Assembly (NCBI GenBank): GCA_043228905.1
Contig: JBHGNT010000082.1
Coordinates: 1 to 64,000 of the forward strand
From: Azolla caroliniana
Lineage: Eukaryota; Plantae; Polypodiophyta
DNA length: 64,000 nucleotides
Reading direction: 5' to 3'
Below are positions 37,872 through 52,800 of the stretch, piece by piece; within the stretch, counting starts at the first letter, position 1; each line of letters starts with the position of its first letter. The notes beneath the pieces are model-generated. The model made no database searches. It had not been told where the DNA came from and saw only the letters and a program-made list of their open reading frames with translations. Position numbers and translations under genes: made by a program.

Positions 37872-40800
37872 TAGCCTTGTTAGCTTCGATTCGCATGTTT
37901 GAACAAAGAAATCCGATATCACACGAGCCAGGTATTACCATTTTAATTTACTCACTCGCTCTTCTCAACTCCCTCCTCAAATTTATTAATTTCCTCATGT
38001 CTCTCGGCCTCAATTTTAAAATTATAATTTGTCAATTCAATATCATAGCTAGCGTTGTTAACTTCGATTTTGCATGTTTGAACACAAAAATCCGATGTCA
38101 CACGAGCTAGGTATGACCATTTTAATTTACTCACTAGCTCTTCTCAACTCCCTCCTCAAATATTGTAATTTCTTCATGTCGCTCGACCTGAGTTTCAAAA
38201 TCTCGATTTTTCAATTCAATATCATAGCTAGCGTTGTTAGCTTCCTTTCGCATGTTTGAACAGAGAAATCCGATATCACACGTGCCAGGTTTGACCATTT
38301 TAATTTACTGACGCACTCTTCTCCACTACCTCCTTAAATTTGCTAATTTCGTCATGTCTCTCGGCCTCAGTTTTAAAATTATGAATTTTCAATTCAATAT
38401 CATAGCTAGCATTGTTAACTTCGATTCGCATGTTTGAACACAGAAATCCGATATCACACGAGCCAGGTATGACCATTTTAATTTACTCACTCGCTCTTCT
38501 CAACTCCCTCCTCAAACATGCTAATTTCCTCATGTCTTTCGACGTGAGTTTCAAAATCTTGATTTTTTAATTCTATATCAAAGCTAGCGTTGTTAGCTTC
38601 GATTCGCATGTTTGAACACAGACATCCGATATCACACGAGCTGGGTATGACCATTTTAATTTACTCACTGGCTCTTCTCAACTCCCTCCTCAAATATGCT
38701 AATTTCCTCATGTCTCTCGACCTGATTTTCAAAATCTCGATTTTTTAATTCTATATCATAGCTAGCCTTGTTAGTTTCGACTCGCATGTTTGAACACAGA
38801 AATCCGATGTCACACGAGCCAGGTATGACCATTTTAATTTACTCACACGCTCTTCTCAACACCCTCCTCAAATATTGTAATTTCTTCATGTCGCTCGACC
38901 TGAGTTTCAAAATCTCGATTTTTTAATTCTATATCATAGCTAGCGTTGTTAACTTCGATGCGCATGTTTGAATAGAGAAATCCGATATCACACGAGCCAG
39001 GTATGACCATTTTAATTTACTCACTGGCTCTTCTCAACTCCCTCCTCAAATATGCTAATTTCCACATGTCTCTCGATCTGAGTTTCAAAATCTCGATTTT
39101 TTAATTCTATATCATAGCTAGCGTTGTTAGATTCGATTCGCATGTTTGAACACAAAAATCCGATATCACACGAGCCAGGTATGACCATTTTAATTTACTC
39201 ACACGCTCTTCTCAACTCCCTCCTCAAATATGCTAATTTCCTCATGTCTCTCGACCTGAGTTTCAAAATCTCGATTTTTTAATTCTATGTCATAACTAGG
39301 CTTGTTAGCTTCGATTCGCATGTTTGAACACAGAAATCCGATATCACACGAGCCAGGTATGACCATTTTAATTTACTCACTCGCTCTTCTCAACTCCCTC
39401 CTCCAACATGCTAATTTCCTCATGTCTTTCGACGTCAGTTTCAAAATCTTGATTTTTTAATTCTATATCATAGCTAGCCTTGTTAGCTTCGATTCGCATG
39501 TTTGAACACAAAAATCCGATATCACAAGAGCCAGGTATGACCATTTTAATTTACTCACTCGCTCTTCTCAACTCCCTCCTCCAGCATGCTAATTTCCTCA
39601 TGTCTTTCGACGTCAGTTTCAAAATCTTGATATTTTAATTCTATATCATAGCTAGCCTTGTTAGCTTCGATTTGCATGTTTGAACACAGAAATCCGATGT
39701 CACACGAGCCAGGTATGACCATTTTAATTTACTCACTGGCTCTTCTCAACTCCCTCCTCAAATATGCTAATTTCCTCATGTCTCTCGACCTGAGTTTCAA
39801 AATCACGATTTTTTAATTCTATATCATAGCTAGCCTTGTTAGTTTCGATTCGCATGTTTGAATACAGAAATCCGATATCACACGAGCCAGGTATAACCAT
39901 TTTAATTTACTCACTCGCTCTTCTCAACTCCCTCCTCCAACATGCTAATTTCCTCATGTCTTTCGACGTCAGTTTCAAAATCTTGATATTTTAATTCTAT
40001 ATCATAGCTAGCCTTGTTAGCTTCGATTCACATGTTTGAGCACAGAAATCCGATATCACACGAGCCAAGTATGACCATTTTAATTTACTCACTGGCTCTT
40101 CTCAACTCCCTCCTCAAATATGCTAATTTCCTCATGTCTCTCGACCTGAGTTTCAAAATCACGAATTTTTATTTCTATATCATAGCTAGGCTTGTTAGTT
40201 TCGATTCGCATGTTTGAACACAGAAATCCGATATCACACGAGCCAGGTATGACCATTTTAATTTACTCACTGGCTCTTCTCAACTCCTTCCTTAAATATG
40301 TTAATTTCGTCATGTCTCTCGACCTGAGTTTCAAAATCTCGATTTTTTAATTCTATATCATACCTAGCTTTGTTAGCTTCGATTCGCATGTTTGAACACA
40401 AAAATCCGATATCACACGAGCCAGGTATGACCATTTTAATTTACTCACTCGCTCTTCTCAACTCCCTCCTCCAACATGCTAATTTCCTCATGTCTTTCGA
40501 CGTCAGTTTCAAAATCTTGATTTTTTAATTCTATATCATAGCTAGCCTTGTTAGTTTCGATTCGCATGTTTGAACACAGAAATCCGATATCACACGAGCC
40601 AGGTATGACCATTTTAATTTACTCACTCGCTCTTCTCAACTCCCTCCTCCAACATGCTAATTTCCTCATGTCTTTCGACGTCAGTTTCAAAATCTCGATT
40701 TTTTAATTCTATATCATAGCTAGCCTTGTTAGCTTCGATTTGCATGTTTGAACACAGAAATCCGATATCACACGAGCCAGGTATGACCATTTAAATTTAC

Positions 40801-43800
40801 TCACTGGCTCTTCTCAACTCCCTCCTCAAATATGCTAATTTCGGCATGTCTCTCGACCTGAGTTTCAAAATCTTGATTTTTAAATTCTATATCAAAGCTA
40901 GCGTTGTTAGCTTCGATTCGCATGTTTGAACACAAAAATCCGATATTAAACGAGCCAGGTATGACCATTTTAATTTACTCACTCGCTCTTCTCAACTCCC
41001 TCCTCAAATATGCTAATTTCCGCATGTCTCTCGACCTGAGTTTCAAAATCTCGATCTTCTAATTCTATATCATAGCTAGCGTTGTTAGCTTCGATTCGCA
41101 TGTTTGAACACAAAAATCCGATATCACACGAGCCAGGTATGAACATTTTAATTTACTCACTAGCTCTTCTCAACTCCCTCCTCAAATATTGTAATTTCTT
41201 CATGTCTCTCGACCTGAGTTTCAAAATCTCGATTATTTAATTCTATATCATAGCTAGCGTTCTTATCTTCGATTCGCATGTTTGAACACAAAAATCCGAT
41301 ATCAGACGTGCCAGGTATGAACATTTTAATTTACTCACTAGCTCTTCTCAACTCCCTCCTCAAATATTGTAATTTCCTCATGTCTTTCGACATCAGTTTC
41401 AAAATCTTGATTTTTTAATTCTATATCATAGCTAGCGTTGTTAGCTTCGATTCGCATGTTTGAACAGAGAAATCCGATATCACACGTGCCAGGTTTGACC
41501 AGTTTAATTTACTCACTCGCTCTTCTCAACTCCCTCCTCAAATATGCTAATTTCCTCATGTCTCTCGACCTGAGTTTCAAAATCTCGATTTTTTAATTCT
41601 ATGTCATAGCTAGCCTTGTTAGCTTCGATTCACATGTTTGAACACAAAAATCCGATATCACACGTGCCAGGTATGAACATTTTAATTTACTCGCTAGCTC
41701 TTCTCAACTCCCTCCTCAAATATTCTAATTTCCTCATGTCGCTCGACCTGAGTTTCAAAATCTCGATTTTTTAATTCTATATCATAGCTAGCGTTGTTAG
41801 CTTCGATTCGCATGTTTGAACACAAAAATCCGATATCACACGAGCCAGGTATGAACATTTTAATTTACTCACTAGCTCTTCTCAACTCCCTCCTCAAATA
41901 TTGTAATTTCCTCATGTCTTTCGACGTCAGTTTCAAAATCTTGATTTTTTAATTCTATATCATAGCTAGCGTTGTTAGCTTCGATTCGCATGTTTGAACA
42001 GAGAAATCCGATATCACACGTGCCAGGTTTGACCAGTTTAATTTACTCACTCGCTCTTCTCAACTCCCTCCTCAAATATGCTAATTTCCTCATGTCTCTC
42101 GACCTGAGTTTCAAAATCTCGATTTTTTAATTCTATGTCATAGCTAGCCTTGTTAGCTTCGATTCACATGTTTGAACACAGAAATCCGATATCACACGAG
42201 CCAGGTATGACCATTTTAATTTACTCACTCGCTCTTCTCAACTCCCTCCTCCAACATGCTAATTTCCTCATGTCTTTCGACGTCAGTTTCAAAATCTCGA
42301 TTTTTTAATTCTATATCATAGCTAGCCTTGTTAGCTTCGATTTGCATGTTTGAACACAGAAATCCGATATCACACGAGCTAGGTATGACCATTTTAATTT
42401 ACTCACTCGCTCTTCTCAACTCCCTCCTCCAACATGCTAATTTCCTCATGTCTTTCGACGTCAGTTTCAAAATCTCGATTTTTTAATTCTATATCATAGC
42501 TAGCCTTGTTAGCTTCGATTTGATTGTTTGAACACAGAAATCCGATATCACACGAGCCAGGTATAACCATTTTAATTTACTCACTGGCTCTTCTCAACTC
42601 CCTCCTCAAATATGCTAATTTCCTCATGTCTCTCGACCTGAGTTTCAAAATCTCAATTTTTTAATTCTATATCATAGCTAGCGTTGTTAGCTTCGATTCG
42701 CATGTTTGAACACAAAATCCGATATCACACGAGCCAGGTATGAACATTTTAATTTACTCACTAGCTCTTCTCAACTCCCTCCTCAAATATTGTAATTTCT
42801 TCATGTCTCTCGACCTGAGTTTCAAAATCTCGATTATTTAATTCTATATCATAGCTAGCGTTGTTATCTTCGATTCGCATGTTTGAACACAAAAATCCGA
42901 TATCACACGTGCCAGGTCTGAACATTTTAATTTACTGACTGGCTCTTCTCAACTCCTTCTTGAAATATGCTAATTTCCTCATGTCTCTCGACCTGAGTTT
43001 CAAAATCTCGATTTTTTAATTCTATATGATAGCTAGCGTTGTTAGCTTCGATTCGCATGTTTCAACACAAAAATCCGATATCACACGAGCCAGGTATGAA
43101 CATTTTAATTTACTCACTAGCTCTTCTCAACTCCCTCCTCAAATATTCTAATTTCCTCATGTCTTTCGACGTGAGTTTCAAAATCTTGATTTTTAAATTC
43201 TATATCAAAGCTAGCGTTGTTAGCTTCGATTCGCATGTTTGAACAGAGAAATCGGATATCACACGTGCCAGGTTTGACCAGTTTAATTTACTCACTCGCT
43301 CTTCTCAACTCCCTCCTCAAATATGCTAATTTCCTCATGTCTCTCGACCTGAGTTTCAAAATCTCGATTTTTTAATTCTATGTCATAGCTAGCCTTGTTA
43401 GCTTCGATTCGCATGTTTGAACACAGAAATCCGATATCACACGAGCCAGGTATGACCATTTTAATTTACTCACTCGCTCTTCTCAACTCCCTCCTCCAAC
43501 ATGCTAATTTCCTCATGTCTTTCGACGTCAGTTTCAAAATCTCGATTTTTTAATTCTATATCATAGCTAGCCTTGTTAGCTTCGATTTGCATGTTTGAAC
43601 ACAGAAATCCGATATCACACGAGCCAGGTATGACCATTTTAATTTACTCACTGGCTCTTCTCAACTCCCTCCTCAAATATGCTAATTTCCTCATGTCTCT
43701 CGACCTGAGTTTCAAAATCTCCATTTTTTAATTCTATATCATAGCTAGCGTTGTTAGCTTCGATTTGCATGTTTGAACACAAAAATCCGATATCACACGA

Positions 43801-46800
43801 GCCAGGTATGAACATTTTAATTTACTCACTAGCTCTTCTCAACTCCCTCCTCAAATATTGTAATTTCTTCATGTCTCTCGACCTGAGTTTCAAAGTCTCG
43901 ATTATTTAATTCTATATCATAGCTAGCGTTGTTATCTTCGATTCGCATGTTTGAACACAAAAATCCGATATCACACGTGCCAGGTATGAACATTTTAATT
44001 TACTCACTAGCTCTTCTCAACTCCCTCCTCAAATATTCTAATTTCCTCATGTCGCTCGACCTGAGTTTCAAAATCTCGATTTTTTAATTCTATATCATAG
44101 ATAGCGTTGTTAGCTTCGATTCGCATGTTTGAACAGAGAAATCCGATATCACACGAGCCAGGTATGACCATTTTAATTTACTCACTGGCTCTTCTCAACT
44201 CCCTCCTCAAATATGCTAATTTCCTCATGTCTCTCGACCTGAGTTTCAAAATCTTGATTTTTTAATTCTATATCATAGCTAGCCTTGTTAGTTTCGATTC
44301 GCATGTTTGAACACAGAAATCCGATATCACACGAGCCAGGTATGACCATTTTAATTTACTCACTGGCTCTTCTCAACTCCCTCCTCAAATATGCTAATTT
44401 CCTCATGTCTCTCGACCTGAGTTTCAAAATCACGAATTTTTAATTCTATATCATAGCTAGGCTTGTTAGTTTCGATTCGCATGTTTGAACACAGAAATCC
44501 GATATCACACGAGCCAGGTATGACCATTTTAATTTACTCACTCGCTCTTCTCAACTCCCTCCTCCAACATGCTAATTTCCTCATGTCTTTAGACGTCAGT
44601 TTCAAAATCTTGATTTTTTAATTCTATATCATAGCTAGCCTTGTTAGCTTCGATTTGCATGTTTGAACACAGAAATCCGATATCACACGAGCCAGGTATG
44701 ACCATTTTAATTTACTCACACGCTCTTCTCAACTCCCTCCTCAAATATGCTAATTTCGGCATATCTCTCGACCTGAGTTTCAAAATCTTGATTTTTTAAT
44801 TCTATATCATAGCTAGCCTTGTTAGTTTCGATTCGCATGTTTGAACACAGAAATCCGATATCACACGAGCCAGGTATGACCATTTTAATTTACTCACTCG
44901 CTCTTCTCAACTCCCTCCTCCAACATGCTAATTTCCTCATGTCTTTCGACGTCAGTTTCAAAATCTCGATTTTTTAATTCTATATCATAGCTAGCCTTGT
45001 TAGCTTCGATTTGCATGTTTGAACACAGAAATCCGATATCACACGTGCCAGGTCTGAACATTTTAATTTACTGAGTGGCTCTTCTCAACTCCTTCTTGAA
45101 ATATGCTAATTTCCTCATGTCTCTCGACCTGAGTTTTAAAATCTCGATTTTTTAATTCTATATGATAGCTAGCGTTGTTAGCTTCGATTCGCATGTTTGA
45201 ACACAAAAATCCGATATCACACGAGCCAGGTATGAACATTTTAATTTACTCACTAGCTCTTCTCAACTCCCTCCTCAAATATTCTAATTTCCTCATGTCT
45301 TTCGACGTGAGTTTCAAAATCTTGATTTTTAAATTCTATATCAAAGCTAGCGTTGTTAGCTTCGATTCGCATGTTTGAACAGAGAAATCGGATATCACAC
45401 GTGCCAGGTTTGACCAGTTTAATTTACTCACTCGCTCTTCTCAACTCCCTCCTCAAATATGCTAATTTCCTCATGTCTCTCGACCTGAGTTTCAAAATCT
45501 CGATTTTTTAATTCTATGTCATAGCTAGCCTTGTTAGCTTCGATTCGCATGTTTGAACACAGAAATCCGATATCACACGAGCCAGGTATGAGCATTTTAA
45601 TTTACTCACTCGCTCTTCTCAACTCCCTCCTCCAACATGCTAATTTCCTCATGTCTTTCGACGTCAGTTTCAAAATCTTGATTTTTTAATTCTATGTCAT
45701 AGCTAGCCTTGTTAGCTTCGATTCGCATGTTTGAACACAGAAATCCGATATCACACGAGCCAGGTATGAACATTTTAATTTACTCACTAGCTCTTCTCAA
45801 CTCCCTCCTCAAATATTGTAATTTCTTCATGTCTCTCGACCTGAGTTTCAAAGTCTCGATTATTTAATTCTATATCATAGCTAGCGTTGTTATCTTCGAT
45901 TCGCATGTTTGAACACAAAAATCCGATATCACACGTGCCAGGTATGAACATTTTAATTTACTCACTAGCTCTTCTCAACTCCCTCCTCAAATATTCTAAT
46001 TTCCTCATGTCGCTCGACCTGAGTTTCAAAATCTCGATTTTTTAATTCTATATCATAGATAGCGTTGTTAGCTTCGATTCGCATGTTTGAACAGAGAAAT
46101 CCGATATCACACGAGCCAGGTATGACCATTTTAATTTACTCACTAGCTCTTCTCAACTCCCTCCTCAAATATGCTAATTCCCTCATGTCTCTCGACCTGA
46201 GTTTCAAAATCTTGATTTTTTAATTCTATATCATAGCTAGCCTTGTTAGTTTCGATTCGCATGTTTGAACACAGAAATCCGATATCACACGAGCCAGGTA
46301 TGACCATTTTAATTTACTCACTCGCTCTTCTCAACTCCCTCCTCCAACATGCTAATTTCCTCATGTCTTTCGACGTCAGTTTCAAAATCTCGATTTTTTA
46401 ATTCTATATGATAGCTAGCGTTGTTAGCTTCGATTCGCATGTTTCAACACAAAAATCCGATATCACACGAGCCAGGTATGAACATTTTAATTTACTCACT
46501 AGCTCTTCTCAACTCCCTCCTCAAATATTCTAATTTCCTCATGTCTTTCGACGTGAGTTTCAAAATCTTGATTTTTAAATTCTATATCAAAGCTAGCGTT
46601 GTTAGCTTCGATTCGCATGTTTGAACAGAGAAATCGGATATCACACGTGCCAGGTTTGACCAGTTTAATTTACTCACTCGCTCTTCTCAACTCCCTCCTC
46701 AAATATGCTAATTTCCTCATGTCTCTCGACCTGAGTTTCAAAATCTCGATTTTTTAATTCTATGTCATAGCTAGCCTTGTTAGCTTCGATTCGCATGTTT

Positions 46801-49800
46801 GAACACAGAAATCCGATATCACACGAGCCAGGTATGACCATTTTAATTTACTCACTCGCTCTTCTCAACTCCCTCCTCCAACATGCTAATTTCCTCATGT
46901 CTTTCGACGTCAGTTTCAAAATCTCGATTTTTTAATTCTATATCATAGCTAGCCTTGTTAGCTTCGATTTGCATGTTTGAACACAGAAATCCGATATCAC
47001 ACGAGCCAGGTATGACCATTTTAATTTACTCACTGGCTCTTCTCAACTCCCTCCTCAAATATGCTAATTTCCTCATGTCTCTCGACCTGAGTTTCAAAAT
47101 CTCCATTTTTTAATTCTATATCATAGCTAGCGTTGTTAGCTTCGATTTGCATGTTTGAACACAAAAATCCGATATCACACGAGCCAGGTATGAACATTTG
47201 AATTTACTCACTAGCTCTTCTCAACTCCCTCCTCAAATATTGTAATTTCTTCATGTCTCTCGACCTGAGTTTCAAAGTCTCGATTATTTAATTCTATATC
47301 ATAGCTAGCGTTGTTATCTTCGATTCGCATGTTTGAACACAAAAATCCGATATCACACGTGCCAGGTACGAACATTTTAATTTACTCACTAGCTCTTCTC
47401 AACTCCCTCCTCAAATATTCTAATTTCCTCATGTCGCTCGACCTGAGTTTCAAAATCTCGATTTTTTAATTCTATATCATAGCTAGCGTTGTTAGCTTCG
47501 ATTCGCATGTTTGAACACAAAAATCCGATATCACACGAGCCAGGTATGAACATTTTAATTTACTCACTAGCTCTTCTCAACTCCCTCCTCAAATATTGTA
47601 ATTTCCTCATGTCTTTCGACGTCAGTTTCAAAATCTTGATTTTTTAATTCTATATCATAGCTAGCGTTGTTAGCTTCGATTCGCATGTTTGAACAGAGAA
47701 ATCCGATATCACACGTGCCAGGTTTGACCAGTTTAATTTACTCACTCGCTCTTCTCAACTCCCTCCTCAAATATGCTAATTTCCTCATGTCTCTCGACCT
47801 GAGTTTCAAAATCTCGATTTTTTAATTCTATGTCATAGCTAGCCTTGTTAGCTTCGATTCACATGTTTGAACACAGAAATCCGATATCACACGAGCCAGG
47901 TATGACCATTTTAATTTACTCACTCGCTCTTCTCAACTCCCTCCTCCAACATGCTAATTTCCTCATGTCTTTCGACGTCAGTTTCAAAATCTCGATTTTT
48001 TAATTCTATATCATAGCTAGCCTTGTTAGCTTCGATTCGCATGTTTGAACACAGAAATCCGATATCACACGAGCCAGGTATGACCATTTTAATTTACTCA
48101 CTCGCTCTTCTCAACTCCCTCCTCCAACATGCTAATTTCCTCATGTCTTTCGACGTCAGTTTCAAAATCTCGATTTTTTAATTCTATATCATAGCTAGCC
48201 TTGTTAGCTTCGATTTGCATGTTTGAACACAGAAATCCGATATCACACGAGCCAGGTATGACCATTTTAATTTACTCACTGGCTCTTCTCAACTCCCTCC
48301 TCAAATATGCTAATTTCCTCATGTCTCTCGACCTGAGTTTCAAAATCTCAATTTTTTAATTCTATATCATAGCTAGCGTTGTTAGCTTCGATTCGCATGT
48401 TTGAACACAAAAATCCGATATCACACGAGCCAGGTATGAACATTTTAATTTACTCACTAGCTCTTCTCAACTCCCTCCTCAAATATTGTAATTTCTTCAT
48501 GTCTCTCGACCTGAGTTTCAAAATCTCGATTATTTAATTCTATATCATAGCTAGCGTTGTTATCTTCGATTCGCATGTTTGAACACAAAAATCCGATATC
48601 ACACGTGCCAGGTCTGAACATTTTAATTTACTGACTGGCTCTTCTCAACTCCTTCTTGAAATATGCTAATTTCCTCATGTCTCTCGACCTGAGTTTCAAA
48701 ATCTCGATTTTTTTAATTCTATATGATAGCTAGCGTTGTTAGCTTCGATTCGCATGTTTGAACACAAAAATCCGATATCACACGAGCCAGGTATGAACAT
48801 TTTAATTTACTCACTAGCTCTTCTCAACTCCCTCCTCCAACATGCTAATTTCCTCATGTCTTTCGACGTCAGTTTCAAAATCTCGATTTTTTAATTCTAT
48901 ATCATAGCTAGCCTTGTTAGCTTCGATTTGCATGTTTGAACACAGAAATCCGATATCACACGAGCCAGGTATGACCATTTTAATTTACTCACTGGCTCTT
49001 CTCAACTCCCTCCTCAAATATGCTAATTTCGGCATGTCTCTCGACCTGAGTTTCAAAATCTTGATTTTTTAATTCTATATCATAGCTAGCCTTGTTAGTT
49101 TCGATTCGCATGTTTGAACACAGAAATCCGATATCACACGAGCCAGGTATGACCATTTTAATTTACTCACTCGCTCTTCTCAACTCCCTCCTCCAACATG
49201 CTAATTTCCTCATGTCTTTCGACGTCAGTTTCAAAATCTTGATTTTTTAATTCTATATCATAGGTAGCGTTGTTAGCTTCGATTCGCATGTTTGAACACA
49301 GAAATCCGATATCACACGAGCCAGGTATGAACATTTTAATTTACTCACTAGCTCTTCTCAACTCCCTCCTCAAATATTGTAATTTCTTCATGTCTCTCGA
49401 CCTGAGTTTTAAAATCTCGATTATTTAATTCTATATCATAGCTAGCGTTGTTATCTTCGATTCGCATGTTTGAACACAAAAATCCGATATCAGACGTCCC
49501 AGGTATGAACATTTTAATTTACTGACTGGCTCTTCTCAACTCCTTCTTGAAATACGCTAATTTCCTCATGTCTCTCGACCTGAGTTTCAAAATCTCAATT
49601 TTTTAATTCTATATCATAGCTAGCGTTGTTAGCTTCGATTCGCATGTTTGAATACAAAAATCCGATATCACACGAGCCAGGTATGAACATTTTAATTTAC
49701 TCACTAGCTCTTCTCAACTCCCTCCTCAAATATTGTAATTTCTTCATGTCTCTCGACCTGAGTTTCAAAATCTCGATTATTTAATTCTATATCATAGCTA

Positions 49801-52800
49801 GCGTTGTTATCTTCGATTCGCATGTTTGAACACAAAAATCCGATATCACACGTGCCAGGTCTGAACATTTTAATTTACTCACTAGCTCTTCTCAACTCCC
49901 TCCTCAAATATTGTAATTTCTTCATGTCTCTCGACCTGAGTTTCAAAATCTCGATTATTTAATTCTATATCATAGCTAGCGTTCTTATCTTCGATTCGCA
50001 TGTTTGAACACAAAAATCCGATATCAGACGTGCCAGGTATGAACATTTTAATTTACTCACTGGCTCTTCTCAACTCCTTCTTGAAATACGCTAATTTCCT
50101 CATGTCTCTCGACCTGAGTTTCAAAATCTCGATTTTTTAATTCTATATCATAGCTAGCGTTGTTAGCTTCGATTTGCATGTTTGAACACAAAAATCCGAT
50201 ATCACACGAGCCAGGTATGAACATTTTAATTTACTCACTAGCTCTTCTGAACTCCCTCCTCAAATATTGTAATTTCTTCATGTCTCTCGACCTGAGTTTC
50301 AAAGTCTCGATTATTTAATTCTATATCATAGCTAGCGTTGTTATCTTCGATTCGCATGTTTGAACACAAAAATCCGATATCACACGTGCCAGGTATGAAC
50401 ATTTTAATTTACTCACTAGCTCTTCTCAACTCCCTCCTCAAATATTCTAATTTCCTCATGTCGCTCGACCTGAGTTTCAAAATCTCGATTTTTTAATTCT
50501 ATATCATAGATAGCGTTGTTAGCTTCGATTCGCATGTTTGAACAAAGAAATCCGATATCACACAAGCCAGGTATGACCATTTTAATTTACTCACTGGCTC
50601 TTCTCAACTCCCTCCTCAAATATGCTAATTTCCTCATGTCTCTCGACCTGAGTTTCAAAATCACGATTTTTTAATTCTATATCATAGCTAGCCTTGTTAG
50701 TTTCGATTCGCATGTTTGAACACAGAAATCCGATATCACACGAGCCAGGTATGACCATTTTAATTTACTCACTGGCTCTTCTCAACTCCCTCCTCAAATA
50801 TGCTAATTTCCTCATGTCTCTCGACCTGAGTTTCAAAATCACGAATTTTTAATTCTATATCATAGCTAGGCTTGTTAGTTTCGATTCGCATGTTTGAACA
50901 CAGAAATCCGATATCACACGAGCCAGGTATGACCATTTTAATTTACTCACTCGCTCTTCTCAACTCCCTCCTCCAACATGCTAATTTCCTCATGTCTTTA
51001 GACGTCAGTTTCAAAATCTTGATTTTTTAATTCTATATTATAGCTAGCCTTGTTAGCTTCGATTTGCATGTTTGAACACAGAAATTCGATATCACACGAG
51101 CCAGGTATGACCATTTTAATTTACTCACTGGCTCTTCTCAACTCCCTCCTCAAATATGCTAATTTCCTCATGTCTCTCGACCTGAGTTTCAAAATCTCAA
51201 TTTTTTAATTCTATATCATAGCTAGCGTTGTTAGCTTCGATTCGCATGTTTGAACACAAAAATCCGATATCACACGAGCCAGGTATGAACATTTTAATTT
51301 ACTCACTAGCTCTTCTCAACTCCCTCCTCAAATATTGTAATTTCCTCATGTCTTTCGACGTCAGTTTCAAAATCTTGATTTTTTAATTCTATATCATAGC
51401 TAGCCTTGTTAGCTTCGATTTGCATGTTTGAACACAGAAATCCGATATCACACGAGCCAGGTATGACCATTTTAATTTACTCACTGGCTCTTCTCAACTC
51501 CCTCCTCAAATATGTTAATTTCGGCATGTCTCTCGACCTGAGTTTCAAAATCTTGATTTTTTAATTCTATATCATAGCTAGCCTTGTTAGTTTCGATTCG
51601 CATGTTTGAACACAGAAATCCGATATCACACGAGCCAGGTATGACCATTTTAATTTACTCACTGGCTCTTCTCAACTCCCTCCTCAAATATGCTAATTTC
51701 CTCATGTCTCTCGACCTGAGTTTCAAAATCACGAATTTTTAATTCTATATCATAGCTAGGCTTGTTAGTTTCGATTCGCATGTTTGAACACAGAAATCCG
51801 ATATCACACGAGCCAGGTATGACCATTTTAATTTACTCACTCGCTCTTCTCAACTCCCTCCTCCAACATGCTAATTTCCTCATGTCTTTAGACGTCAGTT
51901 TCAAAATCTTGATTTTTTAATTCTATATCATAGCTAGCCTTGTTAGCTTCGATTTGCATGTTTGAACACAGAAATTCGATATCACACGAGCCAGGTATGA
52001 CCATTTTAATTTACTCACTGGCTCTTCTCAACTCCCTCCTCAAATATGCTAATTTCCTCATGTCTCTCGACCTGAGTTTCAAAATCTCAATTTTTTAATT
52101 CTATATCATAGCTAGCGTTGTTAGCTTCGATTCGCATGTTTGAACACAAAAATCCGATATCACACGAGCCAGGTATGAACATTTTAATTTACTCACTAGC
52201 TCTTCTCAACTCCCTCCTCCAACATGCTAATTTCCTCATGTCTTTCGACGTCAGTTTCAAAATCTTGATTTTTTAATTCTATGTCATAGCTAGCCTTGTT
52301 AGCTTCGATTCGCATGTTTGAACACAGAAATCCGATATCACACGAGCCAGGTATGAACATTTTAATTTACTCACTAGCTCTTCTCAACTCCCTCCTCAAA
52401 TATTGTAATTTCTTCATGTCTCTCGACCTGAGTTTTAAAATCTCGATTATTTAATTCTATATCATAGCTAGCGTTGTTATCTTCGATTCGCATGTTTGAA
52501 CACAAAAATCCGATATCAGACGTCCCAGGTATGAACATTTTAATTTACTGACTGGCTCTTCTCAACTCCTTCTTGAAATACGCTAATTTCCTCATGTCTC
52601 TCGACCTGAGTTTCAAAATCTCAATTTTTTAATTCTATATCATAGCTAGCGTTGTTAGCTTCGATTCGCATGTTTGAACACAAAAATCCGATATCACACG
52701 AGCCAGGTATGAACATTTTAATTTACTCACTAGCTCTTCTCAACTCCCTCCTCAAATATTGTAATTTCTTCATGTCTCTCGACCTGAGTTTCAAAATCTC

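Noticed and set aside
35780-37890. Target-site duplication or terminal repeats around the insertion
   Set aside because: The flanks are consecutive, non-overlapping parts of the monomer with about 16 bp missing; no direct or inverted terminal repeat is seen.
36324-37922. Full-length 532-aa protein, telomerase RT, group II intron/retron RT, or LTR/LINE pol
   Set aside because: The first 17 residues are satellite-derived. The motifs and the 3' hammerhead are PLE-type; there are no RNase H, integrase, APE or TERT-specific motifs.
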